Shown here: piece by piece, positions 51,255 to 63,381 of the stretch
How positions within the stretch are numbered: the stretch's first letter is position 1
Layout: each line of letters begins with the position of its first letter
Assembly: GCA_040285855.1 (NCBI GenBank)
Contig: JAUFOQ010000004.1
Location: forward strand, 1,984,001-2,048,000
DNA: 64,000 bases
From: Eukaryota sp. GEM-RC1
Taxonomy: Eukaryota
Direction of reading: 5' to 3'
Position numbers and translations under genes: made by a program
Notes under the pieces: generated by a model
What the model was told of the DNA's origin: nothing
Databases searched by the model: none
Seen by the model: only the letters and a program-made list of their open reading frames with translations

Positions 51255-52322
51255 TTAGAAATAAATTCTATTCTTGTGTAGTGATTTTAATGACTGTTGT
51301 GTTTGACTGTTGATTGAGTTGTTACATAGATAGATCTCAGTTACAGACGAATTGACCTTTAAAGCTTCAGCAATTGCAATAGCGCCTTCATTACCAATTG
51401 AGTTGTAACCAAGATAGATCACAGTAACAGACGAATTCAACTTTAAAGCTTCAGCAATTGCAATAGCGCCTTCAGGACCAATTGAGTTGTTATGTAGATA
51501 AATCTGAGAAACAGACGAATTCACCTTTAAAGCTTCAGCAATTGCAATAACGCCTTCATTACCAATTGAGTTGTTATATAGATAGATATCAGAAACAGAC
51601 GAATTCAGCTTTAAAGCTTCTGCAATTGCAATAGCGCCTTCAGGACCAATTGAGTTGGTACCTAGATCGATCACAGTAACAGAATAATTCACCTTTAAAG
51701 CTTCAGCAATTGCAATAGCGCCTTCAGGACCAATTGAGTTGTTCTCTAGATAGATCTCAGTAACAGAAGAATTCACCTTTAAAGCTTCAGCAATTGCAAT
51801 AGCGCCTTCAGGACCAATTGAGTTGGTACCTAGATCGATCACAGTAACAGAATAATTCACCTTTAAAGCTTCAGCAATTGCAATAGCGCCCTCATTACCA
51901 ATTGAGTTGTTCTCTAGATAGATCTCAGTAACAGAAGAATTCACCTTTAAAGCTTCAGCAATTGCAATAACGCCTTCATTACCAATTGAGTTGTTATATA
52001 GATAGATATCAGAAACAGACGAATTCAGCTTTAAAGCTTCTGCAATTGCAATAGCGCCTTCAGGACCAATTGAGTTGTTATCTAGACCGATCGCAGAAAC
52101 CTCATTTCTCACCATCTGATCATAACAGTTCTTCAGCTCAGAGCTCAGCTTTCTCCAATCAATAACAAGTTTCTTCTCTTCAACTTGCTGGACAGGAGAT
52201 ACATGTTTAACCGATTTGATTGGTAAAACAGTGTCATCTTGGGAGGTAGAAGAAGCAACACTGGATTCAGAATCCACAGACAGAGAGGTCAAACGACGAG
52301 AAGCAGCGGAGTGGACTGACAA
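51255..52322 (-). CDS. LRR cassette 18 (type A, 10 modules)
   Basis: 355-aa ORF. Confidence 0.75.
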   Translation of the reverse strand: MSVHSAASRRLTSLSVDSESSVASSTSQDDTVLPIKSVKHVSPVQQVEEKKLVIDWRKLSSELKNCYDQMVRNEVSAIGLDNNSIGPEGAIAIAEALKLNSSVSDIYLYNNSIGNEGVIAIAEALKVNSSVTEIYLENNSIGNEGAIAIAEALKVNYSVTVIDLGTNSIGPEGAIAIAEALKVNSSVTEIYLENNSIGPEGAIAIAEALKVNYSVTVIDLGTNSIGPEGAIAIAEALKLNSSVSDIYLYNNSIGNEGVIAIAEALKVNSSVSQIYLHNNSIGPEGAIAIAEALKLNSSVTVIYLGYNSIGNEGAIAIAEALKVNSSVTEIYLCNNSINSQTQQSLKSLHKNRIYF

Positions 52323-53413
52323 AAGCTCTTCATTTAAGGAGGAGATGATGGAGGACTGGTGTTGAAGAAGGGTGGAAGTAGTGGTGATGAAGTCTTCGCT
52401 AACCTTTGGTTGGAAAATACAGTTTGAGTATTAAGGTTATGAGGTTTTTCGGACCTTAAAATCTCACGTTTTTCAACAGGCTTTCTACATTTACGATTTT
52501 CGTTTTCCAGCTGGTTTACAGAATACATATTCATACTCATTACAGTGTAGCTTAGTGAGTGCTAGATAAGTTACTCTATTAAAGATATACAAAGATCGGT
52601 TCTGTGTGTTGAGACAAATACAAAACAAGATGTGACCTTTAATTAAAGACCATTCACAATCTACGAACAACCAAATTCTAACCAGTTGTTAGCACCAAGT
52701 GATATATCTAAATACTTTTTCCAGTTTTCATTGTGGAACTTCTGAACAAATTCTAAACACAAAGTTTTTAACAATACAAATTCTTAATTTCGTCAACTGT
52801 AAACTTCCCCATAAAGAAACCGTGGAAGCAAAACTTTGATATTGTGGTGTGTTCGTGTTATAACTCCGCCATTTGATTGTCTCCTGCTGACTGCAAACTA
52901 TTTTGGCAATTCTTTGTCTATAACTAACAGGTTTATTATGCACATGGCAATGAGTACATATAAAAACACATGTAAAATTATCATTGAAAACAAACAAAGC
53001 ATCATTTAGTTACATTGAATCTTTCAAAAACTTGTTCTTGAGCGAAAATACAATCGTGTTAATTATGAGTCAAAATGTTGATGATTCCAAGAGTGTAAAC
53101 ATTCGAAATAATGTAGCATTATTTCAGAAACTAATTACTATCTGGTGTTTTTGACAACAATAGTAAATGAACTACTGAACACGATGTGTCTATTCGCCAG
53201 AGTAGTCTTGTATCTGAAAATCTGCTAAGCAGTTTTGGTATTGGTTTCTTTGTGGGTCACTTTGGAGTTGTATTTGAGATAATGATTGCCTGACCTAAAC
53301 GATATTTGAAGTGTAATACATTCATTCTTTGATGGCTGATGATGATGGTGCTCTTGATAAGAAATCATTTATGATTATTGAACAATGTGATCTTTATGTC
53401 TAAGGAAAATACT

Positions 53414-53602
53414 TTAGAAACGCATTCTATTTTTGTGCAGTGGTTTTAATGACTGTTGTGTTTGACTGTTGATTGAGTTGTTACCTAGATAGATCTCAGT
53501 AACAGAAGAATTCACCTTTAAAGCTTCAGCAATTGGAATAGCACCTTCACTACCAATTGAGTTGCTACGTAGATAGATCCCAGAAACCTCATTTCTCACC
53601 AT
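53414..53602 (-). CDS. LRR cassette 19 (type B minimal)
   Basis: 62-aa ORF. Confidence 0.55.
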   Translation of the reverse strand: MVRNEVSGIYLRSNSIGSEGAIPIAEALKVNSSVTEIYLGNNSINSQTQQSLKPLHKNRMRF

Positions 53603-54743
53603 TCTCCTCCTTAAATGAAGAGCTTTTGTCAGTCCACTCCGATGCTTCTCGTCGTTTGACCTCTCTGTCTGTGGATTCTGAATCCAGTGTTGCTTCAGTT
53701 GGGTCTCCAGATTGCCCTATTTTACAACGCTAACCTTTGGTTGGAAGATACAGTTCGCGTAATAAGGTTATGAGCTTTACTTAAATCTCACGTCTTTCAA
53801 CTGGCTATCTACATTTGCGATTTTTGTTTTCCAGCTGGTATACAGAGTACATATTCCTTACAGTGTGGCTTAGAGAATGTTAGATTATTTACTCTATTAA
53901 AGATGTCCAAAGACCGGTCCTGTGTGTTGAGACAAATACAAAACAAGATGTCATATTTAATTAAAGATCATCAAAACAAAATGTAACTAACAACTAATTC
54001 TAACCAGTCGTCAGCACCAAGTGATATATCTACATATATTTTTTTCCAGTTTAAATTGAGGAGTTTCCGAACAAATTCTGAACAGACAGTTTTAAACAAT
54101 ACAATCTCTTAAGTTAAATAACTAATGCTTCCCTATAGAGAAACCGTGGAAGCATAACATTGTTATTGTGGTGTGTTTGTGATATACCACCACCACCAGT
54201 TGATTTCCTCCTATTGACTGCACCATTCAAGAAAACTATTTTGGCAATTCTTTGTCTATAACTGACAGGTTTTTTCCGCACATAGCAATGATTACATATA
54301 AAAACACATGTAAACTTACCAAAGAAAATAATTAAAGCATCATTCAGTTACACTGAATCTTTCAAAAGCTTTTCCTTGGGAGAAAATGTAATCGTTTTGA
54401 TTATGAGTCAGTATGTTGATTCCAAAAGTGTAAACAATTGATATTAAGTTGCATTCTTTCATATACTAATTGATATCTGGTGTTGTTGAAAACTATAGCA
54501 AATGTACTACTAAATGTGACGTGTCTTATTCGCCAGAGTAGTAGTATTGTATCTGAACATCTGCTAAGCAGCTTTGGTATTGGTGTATCTGTGTGTCACT
54601 TTGGAGTTCTATTTGAGATAATGATTGTTCTGACCTAAACGATATTTGAAGTATGTAATACATTCACCTGATGATGGGGCTTTTGATAAGAAATCATTTA
54701 TGATTATTGAACAATGTGATCTTTATATCTAAGGAAAGTATCT

Positions 54744-55223
54744 TTAGAAATAAATTCTATTTTTGTGCAGTGATTTTAATGACTGTTGTGTTTGACTGTT
54801 GATTGAGTTGTTACGTAGATCGATCCTAGTAACAGAATAATTCACCTTTAAAGCTCCAGCAATTGCAATAGCGCCTTCACTACCAATTGAATTGTTATTT
54901 AGATTGATCCCAGAAACAGACGAATTCACCTTTAAAGCTTCAGCAATTGCAATAGCGCCTTCAGGACCAATTGAGTTGTTATCTAGACCGATCGCAGAAA
55001 CCTCATTTCTCACCATCTGATCATAACAATTCTTCAACTTAGAGCTAAGCTTACTCCAATCAATAACAAGTTTCTTCTCTTCAACTTGCTGGACAGGAGA
55101 TACATGTTTAACCGATTTGATTGGTAAAACAGTGTCATCTTGGGAGGTAGAAGAAGCAACACTGGATTCAGAATCCACAGACAGAGAGGTCAAACGACGA
55201 GAAGCAGCGGAGTGGACTGACAA
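54744..55223 (-). CDS. LRR cassette 20 (type A, 3 modules)
   Basis: 159-aa ORF. Confidence 0.65.
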   Translation of the reverse strand: MSVHSAASRRLTSLSVDSESSVASSTSQDDTVLPIKSVKHVSPVQQVEEKKLVIDWSKLSSKLKNCYDQMVRNEVSAIGLDNNSIGPEGAIAIAEALKVNSSVSGINLNNNSIGSEGAIAIAGALKVNYSVTRIDLRNNSINSQTQQSLKSLHKNRIYF

Positions 55224-56302
55224 AAGTTCTTCATTTAGGGAGGAGATGATGGAGGACTGGTGTTGAAGAAGGGTGGAAGTAGTTGTAATGAATTGTTCGT
55301 TAATCTTTGGTTGGAAAATACAGTTTGAGTATTAAGGTTATGAGGTTTTTCGGACCTTAAAATCTCACGTTTTTCAACAGGCTTTCTACATTTACGATTT
55401 TCGTTTTCCAGCTGGTTTACAGAATACATATTCATACTCATTACAGTGTAGCTTAGTGAGTGCTAGATAAGTTACTCTATTAAAGATGTACAAAGATCGG
55501 TTCTGTGTGTTGAGACAAATACAAAACAAGATGTGACCTTTAATTAAAGACCATTCACAATCTACGAACAACCAAATTCTAACCAGTTGTTAGCACCAAG
55601 TGATATATCTAAATACTTTTTTCCAGTTTTCATTGTGGAACTTCTGAACAAATTCTAAACACAAAGTTTTTAACAATACAAATTCTTAATTTCGTCAACT
55701 GTAAACTTCCCCATAAAGAAACCGTGGAAGCAAAACTTTGATATTGTGGTGTGCTCGTGTTATAACTCCGCCATTTGATTGTCTCCTGCTGACTGCAAAC
55801 TATTTTGGCAATTCTTTGTCTATAACTAACAGGTTTATTATGCACATGGCAATGAGTACATATAAAAACACATGTAAAATTATCATTGAAAACAAACAAA
55901 GCATCATTTAGTTACATTGAATCTTTCAAAAACTTGTTCTTGAGCGAAAATACAATCGTGTTAATTATGAGTCAAAATGTTGATGATTCCAAGAGTGTAA
56001 ACATTCGAAATAATGTAGCATTATTTCAGAAACTAATTACTATCTGGTGTTTTTGACAACAATAGTAAATGAACTACTGAACACGATGTGTCTATTCGCC
56101 AGAGTAGTCCTGTATCTGAAAATCTGCTAAGCAGTTTTGGTATTGGTTTCTTTGTGGGTCACTTTGGAGTTGTATTTGAGATAATGATTGCTCTGACCTA
56201 AACGATATTTGAAGTGTAATACATTCATTCTTTGATGGCTGATGATGATGGGGCTTTTGATAAGAAATCATTTATGATTTTTGAGCAATGTGATCTTTAT
56301 GT

Positions 56303-56713
56303 CTAAGGAAAATATCTTTGGAAACGCATTCTATTCTTGTGTAGTGATTTTAATGACTGTTGTGTTTGACTGTTGATTGAGTTGTTACCTAGATAGATAT
56401 CAGAAACAGACGAATTCACCTTTAAAGCTTCAGCAATTGCAATAGCGCCTTCAGGACCAATTGAGTTGTTATCTAGACCGATCGCAGAAACCTCATTTCT
56501 CACCATCTGATCATAACAGTTCTTCAGCTCAGAGCTCAGCTTTCTCCAATCAATAACAAGTTTCTTCTCTTCAACTTGCTGGACAGGAGATACATGTTTA
56601 ACCGATTTGATTGGTAAAACAGTGTCATCTTGGGAGGTAGAAGAAGCAACACTGGATTCAGAATCCACAGACAGAGAGGTTAAACGACGGGAAGCAGCAG
56701 AGTAGACTGACAA
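56303..56713 (-). CDS. LRR cassette 21 (type A, 2 modules, stop lost)
   Basis: 136-aa ORF; TAA to CAA adds QRYFP. Confidence 0.6.
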   Translation of the reverse strand: MSVYSAASRRLTSLSVDSESSVASSTSQDDTVLPIKSVKHVSPVQQVEEKKLVIDWRKLSSELKNCYDQMVRNEVSAIGLDNNSIGPEGAIAIAEALKVNSSVSDIYLGNNSINSQTQQSLKSLHKNRMRFQRYFP

Positions 56714-57806
56714 AAGTTCTTCATTTAGGGAGGAGATGATGGAGGACTGGTGTTGAAGATGGGTGGAAGTAGTTGTAATGAATTGTTCGTTAATCTTTGG
56801 TTGGAAAATACAGTTTGAGTATTAAGGTTATGAGGTTTTTCGGACCTTAAAATCTCACGTTTTTCAACAGGCTTTCTACATTTACGATTTTCGTTTTCCA
56901 GCTGGTTTACAGAATACATATTCATACTCATTACAGTGTAGCTTAGTGAGTGCTAGATAAGTTACTCTATTAAAGATGTACAAAGATCGGTTCTGTGTGT
57001 TGAGACAAATACAAAACAAGATGTGACCTTTAATTAAAGACCATTCACAATCTACGAACAACCAAATTCTAACCAGTTGTTAGCACCAAGTGATATATCT
57101 AAATACTTTTTTCCAGTTTTCATTGTGGAACTTCTGAACAAATTCTAAACACAAAGTTTTTAACAATACAAATTCTTAATTTCGTCAACTGTAAACTTCC
57201 CCATAAAGAAACCGTGGAAGCAAAACTTTGATATTGTGGTGTGCTCGTGTTATAACTCCGCCATTTGATTGTCTCCTGCTGACTGCAAACTATTTTGGCA
57301 ATTCTTTGTCTATAACTAACAGGTTTATTATGCACATGGCAATGAGTACATATAAAAACACATGTAAAATTATCATTGAAAACAAACAAAGCATCATTTA
57401 GTTACATTGAATCTTTCAAAAACTTGTTCTTGAGCGAAAATACAATCGTGTTAATTATGAGTCAAAATGTTGATGATTCCAAGAGTGTAAACATTCGAAA
57501 TAATGTAGCATTATTTCAGAAACTAATTACTATCTGGTGTTTTTGACAACAATAGTAAATGAACTACTGAACACGATGTGTCTATTCGCCAGAGTAGTCC
57601 TGTATCTGAAAATCTGCTAAGCAGTTTTGGTATTGGTTTCTTTGTGGGTCACTTTGGAGTTGTATTTGAGATAATGATTGCTCTGACCTAAACGATATTT
57701 GAAGTGTAATACATTCATTCTTTGATGGCTGATGATGATGGTGCTCTTGATAAGAAATCATTTATGATTTTTGAGTAATGTGATTTTATGTCCAAGGAAA
57801 ATATCT

Positions 57807-58628
57807 TTAGAAATAAATTCTATTCTTGTGTAGTGATTTTAATGACTGTTGTGTTTGACTGTCGATTGAGTTGTTACCTAGATTGATCACAGTAACAGAC
57901 GAATTCAACTTTAAAGCTTCAGCAATTGCAATAGCGCCTCCAGGACCAATTGAGTTGTTAGATAGATCGATCCTAGTAACAGACGAATTCAACTTTAAAG
58001 CTTCAGCAATTGCAATAGCGCCTCCAGGACCAATTGAGTTGTTAGATAGATCGATCCTAGTAACAGACGAATTCAACTTTAAAGCTTCAGCAATTGCAAT
58101 AGCGCCTTCAGGACCAATTGAGTTGTTAGATAGATTGATCCTAGTAACAGAAACAGACGAATTCACCTTTAAAGCTTCAGCAATTGCAATAGCGCCTTCA
58201 GGACCAATTGAGTTGTTATGTAGATAGATATCAGAAACAGACGAATTCAGCTTTAAAGCTTCAGCAATTGCAATAGCGCCTTCAGGACCAATTGAGTTGT
58301 TATGTAGATAGATCCTGCTAACAGACGAATTCACCTTTAAAGCTTCAGCAATTGCAATAGCGCCTTCAGGACCAATTGAGTTGTTTCTTAGATCGATCGT
58401 AGAAGCCTCATTTCTCACCATCTGATCATAACAATTCTTCAACTTAGAGCTCAGCTTTCTCCAATCAATAACAAGTTTCTTCTCTTCAACTTGCTGGACA
58501 GGAGATACATGTTTAACCGATTTGATTGGTAAAACAGTGTCATCTTGGGAGGTAGAAGAAGCAACACTGGATTCAGAATCCACAGACAGAGAGGTTAAAC
58601 GACGGGAAGCAGCAGAGTAGACTGACAA
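57807..58628 (-). CDS. LRR cassette 22 (type A, 7 modules)
   Basis: 273-aa ORF; one module has a 2-aa insertion. Confidence 0.75.
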   Translation of the reverse strand: MSVYSAASRRLTSLSVDSESSVASSTSQDDTVLPIKSVKHVSPVQQVEEKKLVIDWRKLSSKLKNCYDQMVRNEASTIDLRNNSIGPEGAIAIAEALKVNSSVSRIYLHNNSIGPEGAIAIAEALKLNSSVSDIYLHNNSIGPEGAIAIAEALKVNSSVSVTRINLSNNSIGPEGAIAIAEALKLNSSVTRIDLSNNSIGPGGAIAIAEALKLNSSVTRIDLSNNSIGPGGAIAIAEALKLNSSVTVINLGNNSIDSQTQQSLKSLHKNRIYF

Positions 58629-59720
58629 AAGTTCTTCATTTAGGGAGGAGATGATGGAGGACTGGTGTTGAAGATGGGTGGAAGTAGTTGTAATGAATTG
58701 TTCGTTAATCTTTGGTTGGAAAATACAGTTTGAGTATTAAGGTTATGAGGTTTTTCGGACCTTAAAATCTCACGTTTTTCAACAGGCTTTCTACATTTAC
58801 GATTTTCGTTTTCCAGCTGGTTTACAGAATACATATTCATACTCATTACAGTGTAGCTTAGTGAGTGCTAGATAAGTTACTCTATTAAAGATGTACAAAG
58901 ATCGGTTCTGTGTGTTGAGACAAATACAAAACAAGATGTGACCTTTAATTAAAGACCATTCACAATCTACGAACAACCAAATTCTAACCAGTTGTTAGCA
59001 CCAAGTGATATATCTAAATACTTTTTCCAGTTTTCATTGTGGAACTTCTGAACAAATTCTAAACACAAAGTTTTTAACAATACAAATTCTTAATTTCGTC
59101 AACTGTAAACTTCCCCATAAAGAAACCGTGGAAGCAAAACTTTGATATTGTGGTGTGCTCGTGTTATAACTCCGCCATTTGATTGTCTCCTGCTGACTGC
59201 AAACTATTTTGGCAATTCTTTGTCTATAACTAACAGGTTTATTATGCACATGGCAATGAGTACATATAAAAACACATGTAAAATTATCATTGAAAACAAA
59301 CAAAGCATCATTTAGTTACATTGAATCTTTCAAAAACTTGTTCTTGAGCGAAAATACAATCGTGTTAATTATGAGTCAAAATGTTGATGATTCCAAGAGT
59401 GTAAACATTCGAAATAATGTAGCATTATTTCAGAAACTAATTACTATCTGGTGTTTTTGACAACAATAGTAAATGAACTACTGAACACGATGTGTCTATT
59501 CGCCAGAGTAGTCCTGTATCTGAAAATCTGCTAAGCAGTTTTGGTATTGGTTTCTTTGTGGGTCACTTTGGAGTTGTATTTGAGATAATGATTGCTCTGA
59601 CCTAAACGATATTTGAAGTGTAATACATTCATTCTTTGATGGCTGATGATGATGGTGCTCTTGATAAGAAATCATTTATGATTTTTGAGTAATGTGATTT
59701 TATGTCCAAGGAAAATATCT

Positions 59721-60542
59721 TTAGAAATAAATTCTATTCTTGTGTAGTGATTTTAATGACTGTTGTGTTTGACTGTCGATTGAGTTGTTACCTAGATTGA
59801 TCACAGTAACAGACGAATTCAACTTTAAAGCTTCAGCAATTGCAATAGCGCCTCCAGGACCAATTGAGTTGTTAGATAGATCGATCCTAGTAACAGACGA
59901 ATTCAACTTTAAAGCTTCAGCAATTGCAATAGCGCCTCCAGGACCAATTGAGTTGTTAGATAGATCGATCCTAGTAACAGACGAATTCAACTTTAAAGCT
60001 TCAGCAATTGCAATAGCGCCTTCAGGACCAATTGAGTTGTTAGATAGATTGATCCTAGTAACAGAAACAGACGAATTCACCTTTAAAGCTTCAGCAATTG
60101 CAATAGCGCCTTCAGGACCAATTGAGTTGTTATGTAGATAGATATCAGAAACAGACGAATTCAGCTTTAAAGCTTCAGCAATTGCAATAGCGCCTTCAGG
60201 ACCAATTGAGTTGTTATGTAGATAGATCCTGCTAACAGACGAATTCACCTTTAAAGCTTCAGCAATTGCAATAGCGCCTTCAGGACCAATTGAGTTGTTT
60301 CTTAGATCGATCGTAGAAGCCTCATTTCTCACCATCTGATCATAACAATTCTTCAACTTAGAGCTCAGCTTTCTCCAATCAATAACAAGTTTCTTCTCTT
60401 CAACTTGCTGGACAGGAGATACATGTTTAACCGATTTGATTGGTAAAACAGTGTCATCTTGGGAGGTAGAAGAAGCAACACTGGATTCAGAATCCACAGA
60501 CAGAGAGGTTAAACGACGGGAAGCAGCAGAGTAGACTGACAA
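59721..60542 (-). CDS. LRR cassette 23 (type A, 7 modules, same protein as 22)
   Basis: 273-aa ORF at a 1914-bp period. Confidence 0.75.
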   Translation of the reverse strand: MSVYSAASRRLTSLSVDSESSVASSTSQDDTVLPIKSVKHVSPVQQVEEKKLVIDWRKLSSKLKNCYDQMVRNEASTIDLRNNSIGPEGAIAIAEALKVNSSVSRIYLHNNSIGPEGAIAIAEALKLNSSVSDIYLHNNSIGPEGAIAIAEALKVNSSVSVTRINLSNNSIGPEGAIAIAEALKLNSSVTRIDLSNNSIGPGGAIAIAEALKLNSSVTRIDLSNNSIGPGGAIAIAEALKLNSSVTVINLGNNSIDSQTQQSLKSLHKNRIYF

Positions 60543-61634
60543 AAGTTCTTCATTTAGGGAGGAGATGATGGAGGACTGGTGTTGAAGATGGGTGGAAGTA
60601 GTTGTAATGAATTGTTCGTTAATCTTTGGTTGGAAAATACAGTTTGAGTATTAAGGTTATGAGGTTTTTCGGACCTTAAAATCTCACGTTTTTCAACAGG
60701 CTTTCTACATTTACGATTTTCGTTTTCCAGCTGGTTTACAGAATACATATTCATACTCATTACAGTGTAGCTTAGTGAGTGCTAGATAAGTTACTCTATT
60801 AAAGATGTACAAAGATCGGTTCTGTGTGTTGAGACAAATACAAAACAAGATGTGACCTTTAATTAAAGACCATTCACAATCTACGAACAACCAAATTCTA
60901 ACCAGTTGTTAGCACCAAGTGATATATCTAAATACTTTTTCCAGTTTTCATTGTGGAACTTCTGAACAAATTCTAAACACAAAGTTTTTAACAATACAAA
61001 TTCTTAATTTCGTCAACTGTAAACTTCCCCATAAAGAAACCGTGGAAGCAAAACTTTGATATTGTGGTGTGCTCGTGTTATAACTCCGCCATTTGATTGT
61101 CTCCTGCTGACTGCAAACTATTTTGGCAATTCTTTGTCTATAACTAACAGGTTTATTATGCACATGGCAATGAGTACATATAAAAACACATGTAAAATTA
61201 TCATTGAAAACAAACAAAGCATCATTTAGTTACATTGAATCTTTCAAAAACTTGTTCTTGAGCGAAAATACAATCGTGTTAATTATGAGTCAAAATGTTG
61301 ATGATTCCAAGAGTGTAAACATTCGAAATAATGTAGCATTATTTCAGAAACTAATTACTATCTGGTGTTTTTGACAACAATAGTAAATGAACTACTGAAC
61401 ACGATGTGTCTATTCGCCAGAGTAGTCCTGTATCTGAAAATCTGCTAAGCAGTTTTGGTATTGGTTTCTTTGTGGGTCACTTTGGAGTTGTATTTGAGAT
61501 AATGATTGCTCTGACCTAAACGATATTTGAAGTGTAATACATTCATTCTTTGATGGCTGATGATGATGGTGCTCTTGATAAGAAATCATTTATGATTTTT
61601 GAGTAATGTGATTTTATGTCCAAGGAAAAAATCT

Positions 61635-62288
61635 TTAGAAATAAATTCTATTCTTGTGTAGTGATTTTAATGACTGTTGTGTTTGACTGTCGATTGAGTT
61701 GTTACCTAGATCGATCCTAGTAACAGACGAATTCAACTTTAAAGCTTCAGCAATTGCAATAGCGCCTTCAGGACCAATTGAGTTGTTAGATAGATTGATC
61801 CTAGTAACAGAAACAGACGAATTCACCTTTAAAGCTTCAGCAATTGCAATAGCGCCTTCAGGACCAATTGAGTTGTTATGTAGATAGATATCAGAAACAG
61901 ACGAATTCAGCTTTAAAGCTTCAGCAATTGCAATAGCGCCTTCAGGACCAATTGAGTTGTTATGTAGATAGATCCTGCTAACAGACGAATTCACCTTTAA
62001 AGCTTCAGCAATTGCAATAGCGCCTTCAGGACCAATTGAGTTGTTTCTTAGATCGATCGTAGAAGCCTCATTTCTCACCATCTGATCATAACAATTCTTC
62101 AACTTAGAGCTCAGCTTTCTCCAATCAATAACAAGTTTCTTCTCTTCAACTTGCTGGACAGGAGATACATGTTTAACCGATTTGATTGGTAAAACAGTGT
62201 CATCTTGGGAGGTAGAAGAAGCAACACTGGATTCAGAATCCACAGACAGAGAGGTTAAACGACGGGAAGCAGCAGAGTAGACTGACAA
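61635..62288 (-). CDS. LRR cassette 24 (type A, 5 modules)
   Basis: 217-aa ORF; cassette 22 minus two modules. Confidence 0.72.
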   Translation of the reverse strand: MSVYSAASRRLTSLSVDSESSVASSTSQDDTVLPIKSVKHVSPVQQVEEKKLVIDWRKLSSKLKNCYDQMVRNEASTIDLRNNSIGPEGAIAIAEALKVNSSVSRIYLHNNSIGPEGAIAIAEALKLNSSVSDIYLHNNSIGPEGAIAIAEALKVNSSVSVTRINLSNNSIGPEGAIAIAEALKLNSSVTRIDLGNNSIDSQTQQSLKSLHKNRIYF

Positions 62289-63381
62289 AAGTTCTTCATT
62301 TAGGGAGGAGATGATGGAGGACTGGTGTTGAAGATGGGTGGAAGTAGTTGTAATGAATTGTTCGTTAATCTTTGGTTGGAAAATACAGTTTGAGTGTTAA
62401 GGTTATGAGGTTTTTCGGACCTTAAAATCTCACGTTTTTCAACAGGCTTTCTACATTTACGATTTTCGTTTTCCAGCTGGTTTACAGAATACATATTCAT
62501 ACTCATTACAGTGTAGCTTAGTGAGTGCTAGATAAGTTACTCTATTAAAGATGTACAAAGATCGGTTCTGTGTGTTGAGACAAATACAAAACAAGATGTG
62601 ACCTTTAATTAAAGACCATTCACAATCTACGAACAACCAAATTCTAACCAGTTGTTAGCACCAAGTGATATATCTAAATACTTTTTTCCAGTTTTCATTG
62701 TGGAACTTCTGAACAAATTCTAAACACAAAGTTTTTAACAATACAAATTCTTAATTTCGTCAACTGTAAACTTCCCCATAAAGAAACCGTGGAAGCAAAA
62801 CTTTGATATTGTGGTGTGTTCGTGTTATAACTCCGCCATTTGATTGTCTCCTGCTGACTGCAAACTATTTTGGCAATTCTTTGTCTATAACTAACAGGTT
62901 TATTATGCACATGGCAATGAGTACATATAAAAACACATGTAAAATTATCATTGAAAACAAACAAAGCATCATTTAGTTACATTGAATCTTTCAAAAACTT
63001 GTTCTTGAGCGAAAATACAATCGTGTTAATTATGAGTCAAAATGTTGATGATTCCAAGAGTGTAAACATTCGAAATAATGTAGCATTATTTCAGAAACTA
63101 ATTACTATCTGGTGTTTTTGACAACAATAGTAAATGAACTACTGAACACGATGTGTCTATTCGCCAGAGTAGTCTTGTATCTGAAAATCTGCTAAGCAGG
63201 TTTGGTATTGGTTTCTTTGTGGGTCACTTTGGAGTTGTATTTGAGATAATGATTGCTCTGACCTAAACGATATTTGAAGTGTAATACATTCATTCTTTGA
63301 TGGCTGATGATGATGGTGCTCTTGATAAGAAATCATTTATGATTTTTGAGTAATGTGATTTTATGTCCAAGGAAAATATCT

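Noticed and set aside
57871..58227. Antisense ORFs over LRR genes (also 9888-10184, 42210-42392)
   Set aside because: Shadow frames of the repetitive coding sequence.
27799..62964. Recurrent spacer ORFs (MIIFFGKF.., MFVFNDNF..)
   Set aside because: Non-ATG starts, no domain, disrupted in some units, and they lie in sequence homologous to the 3' flank of the TRIM-LRR gene.
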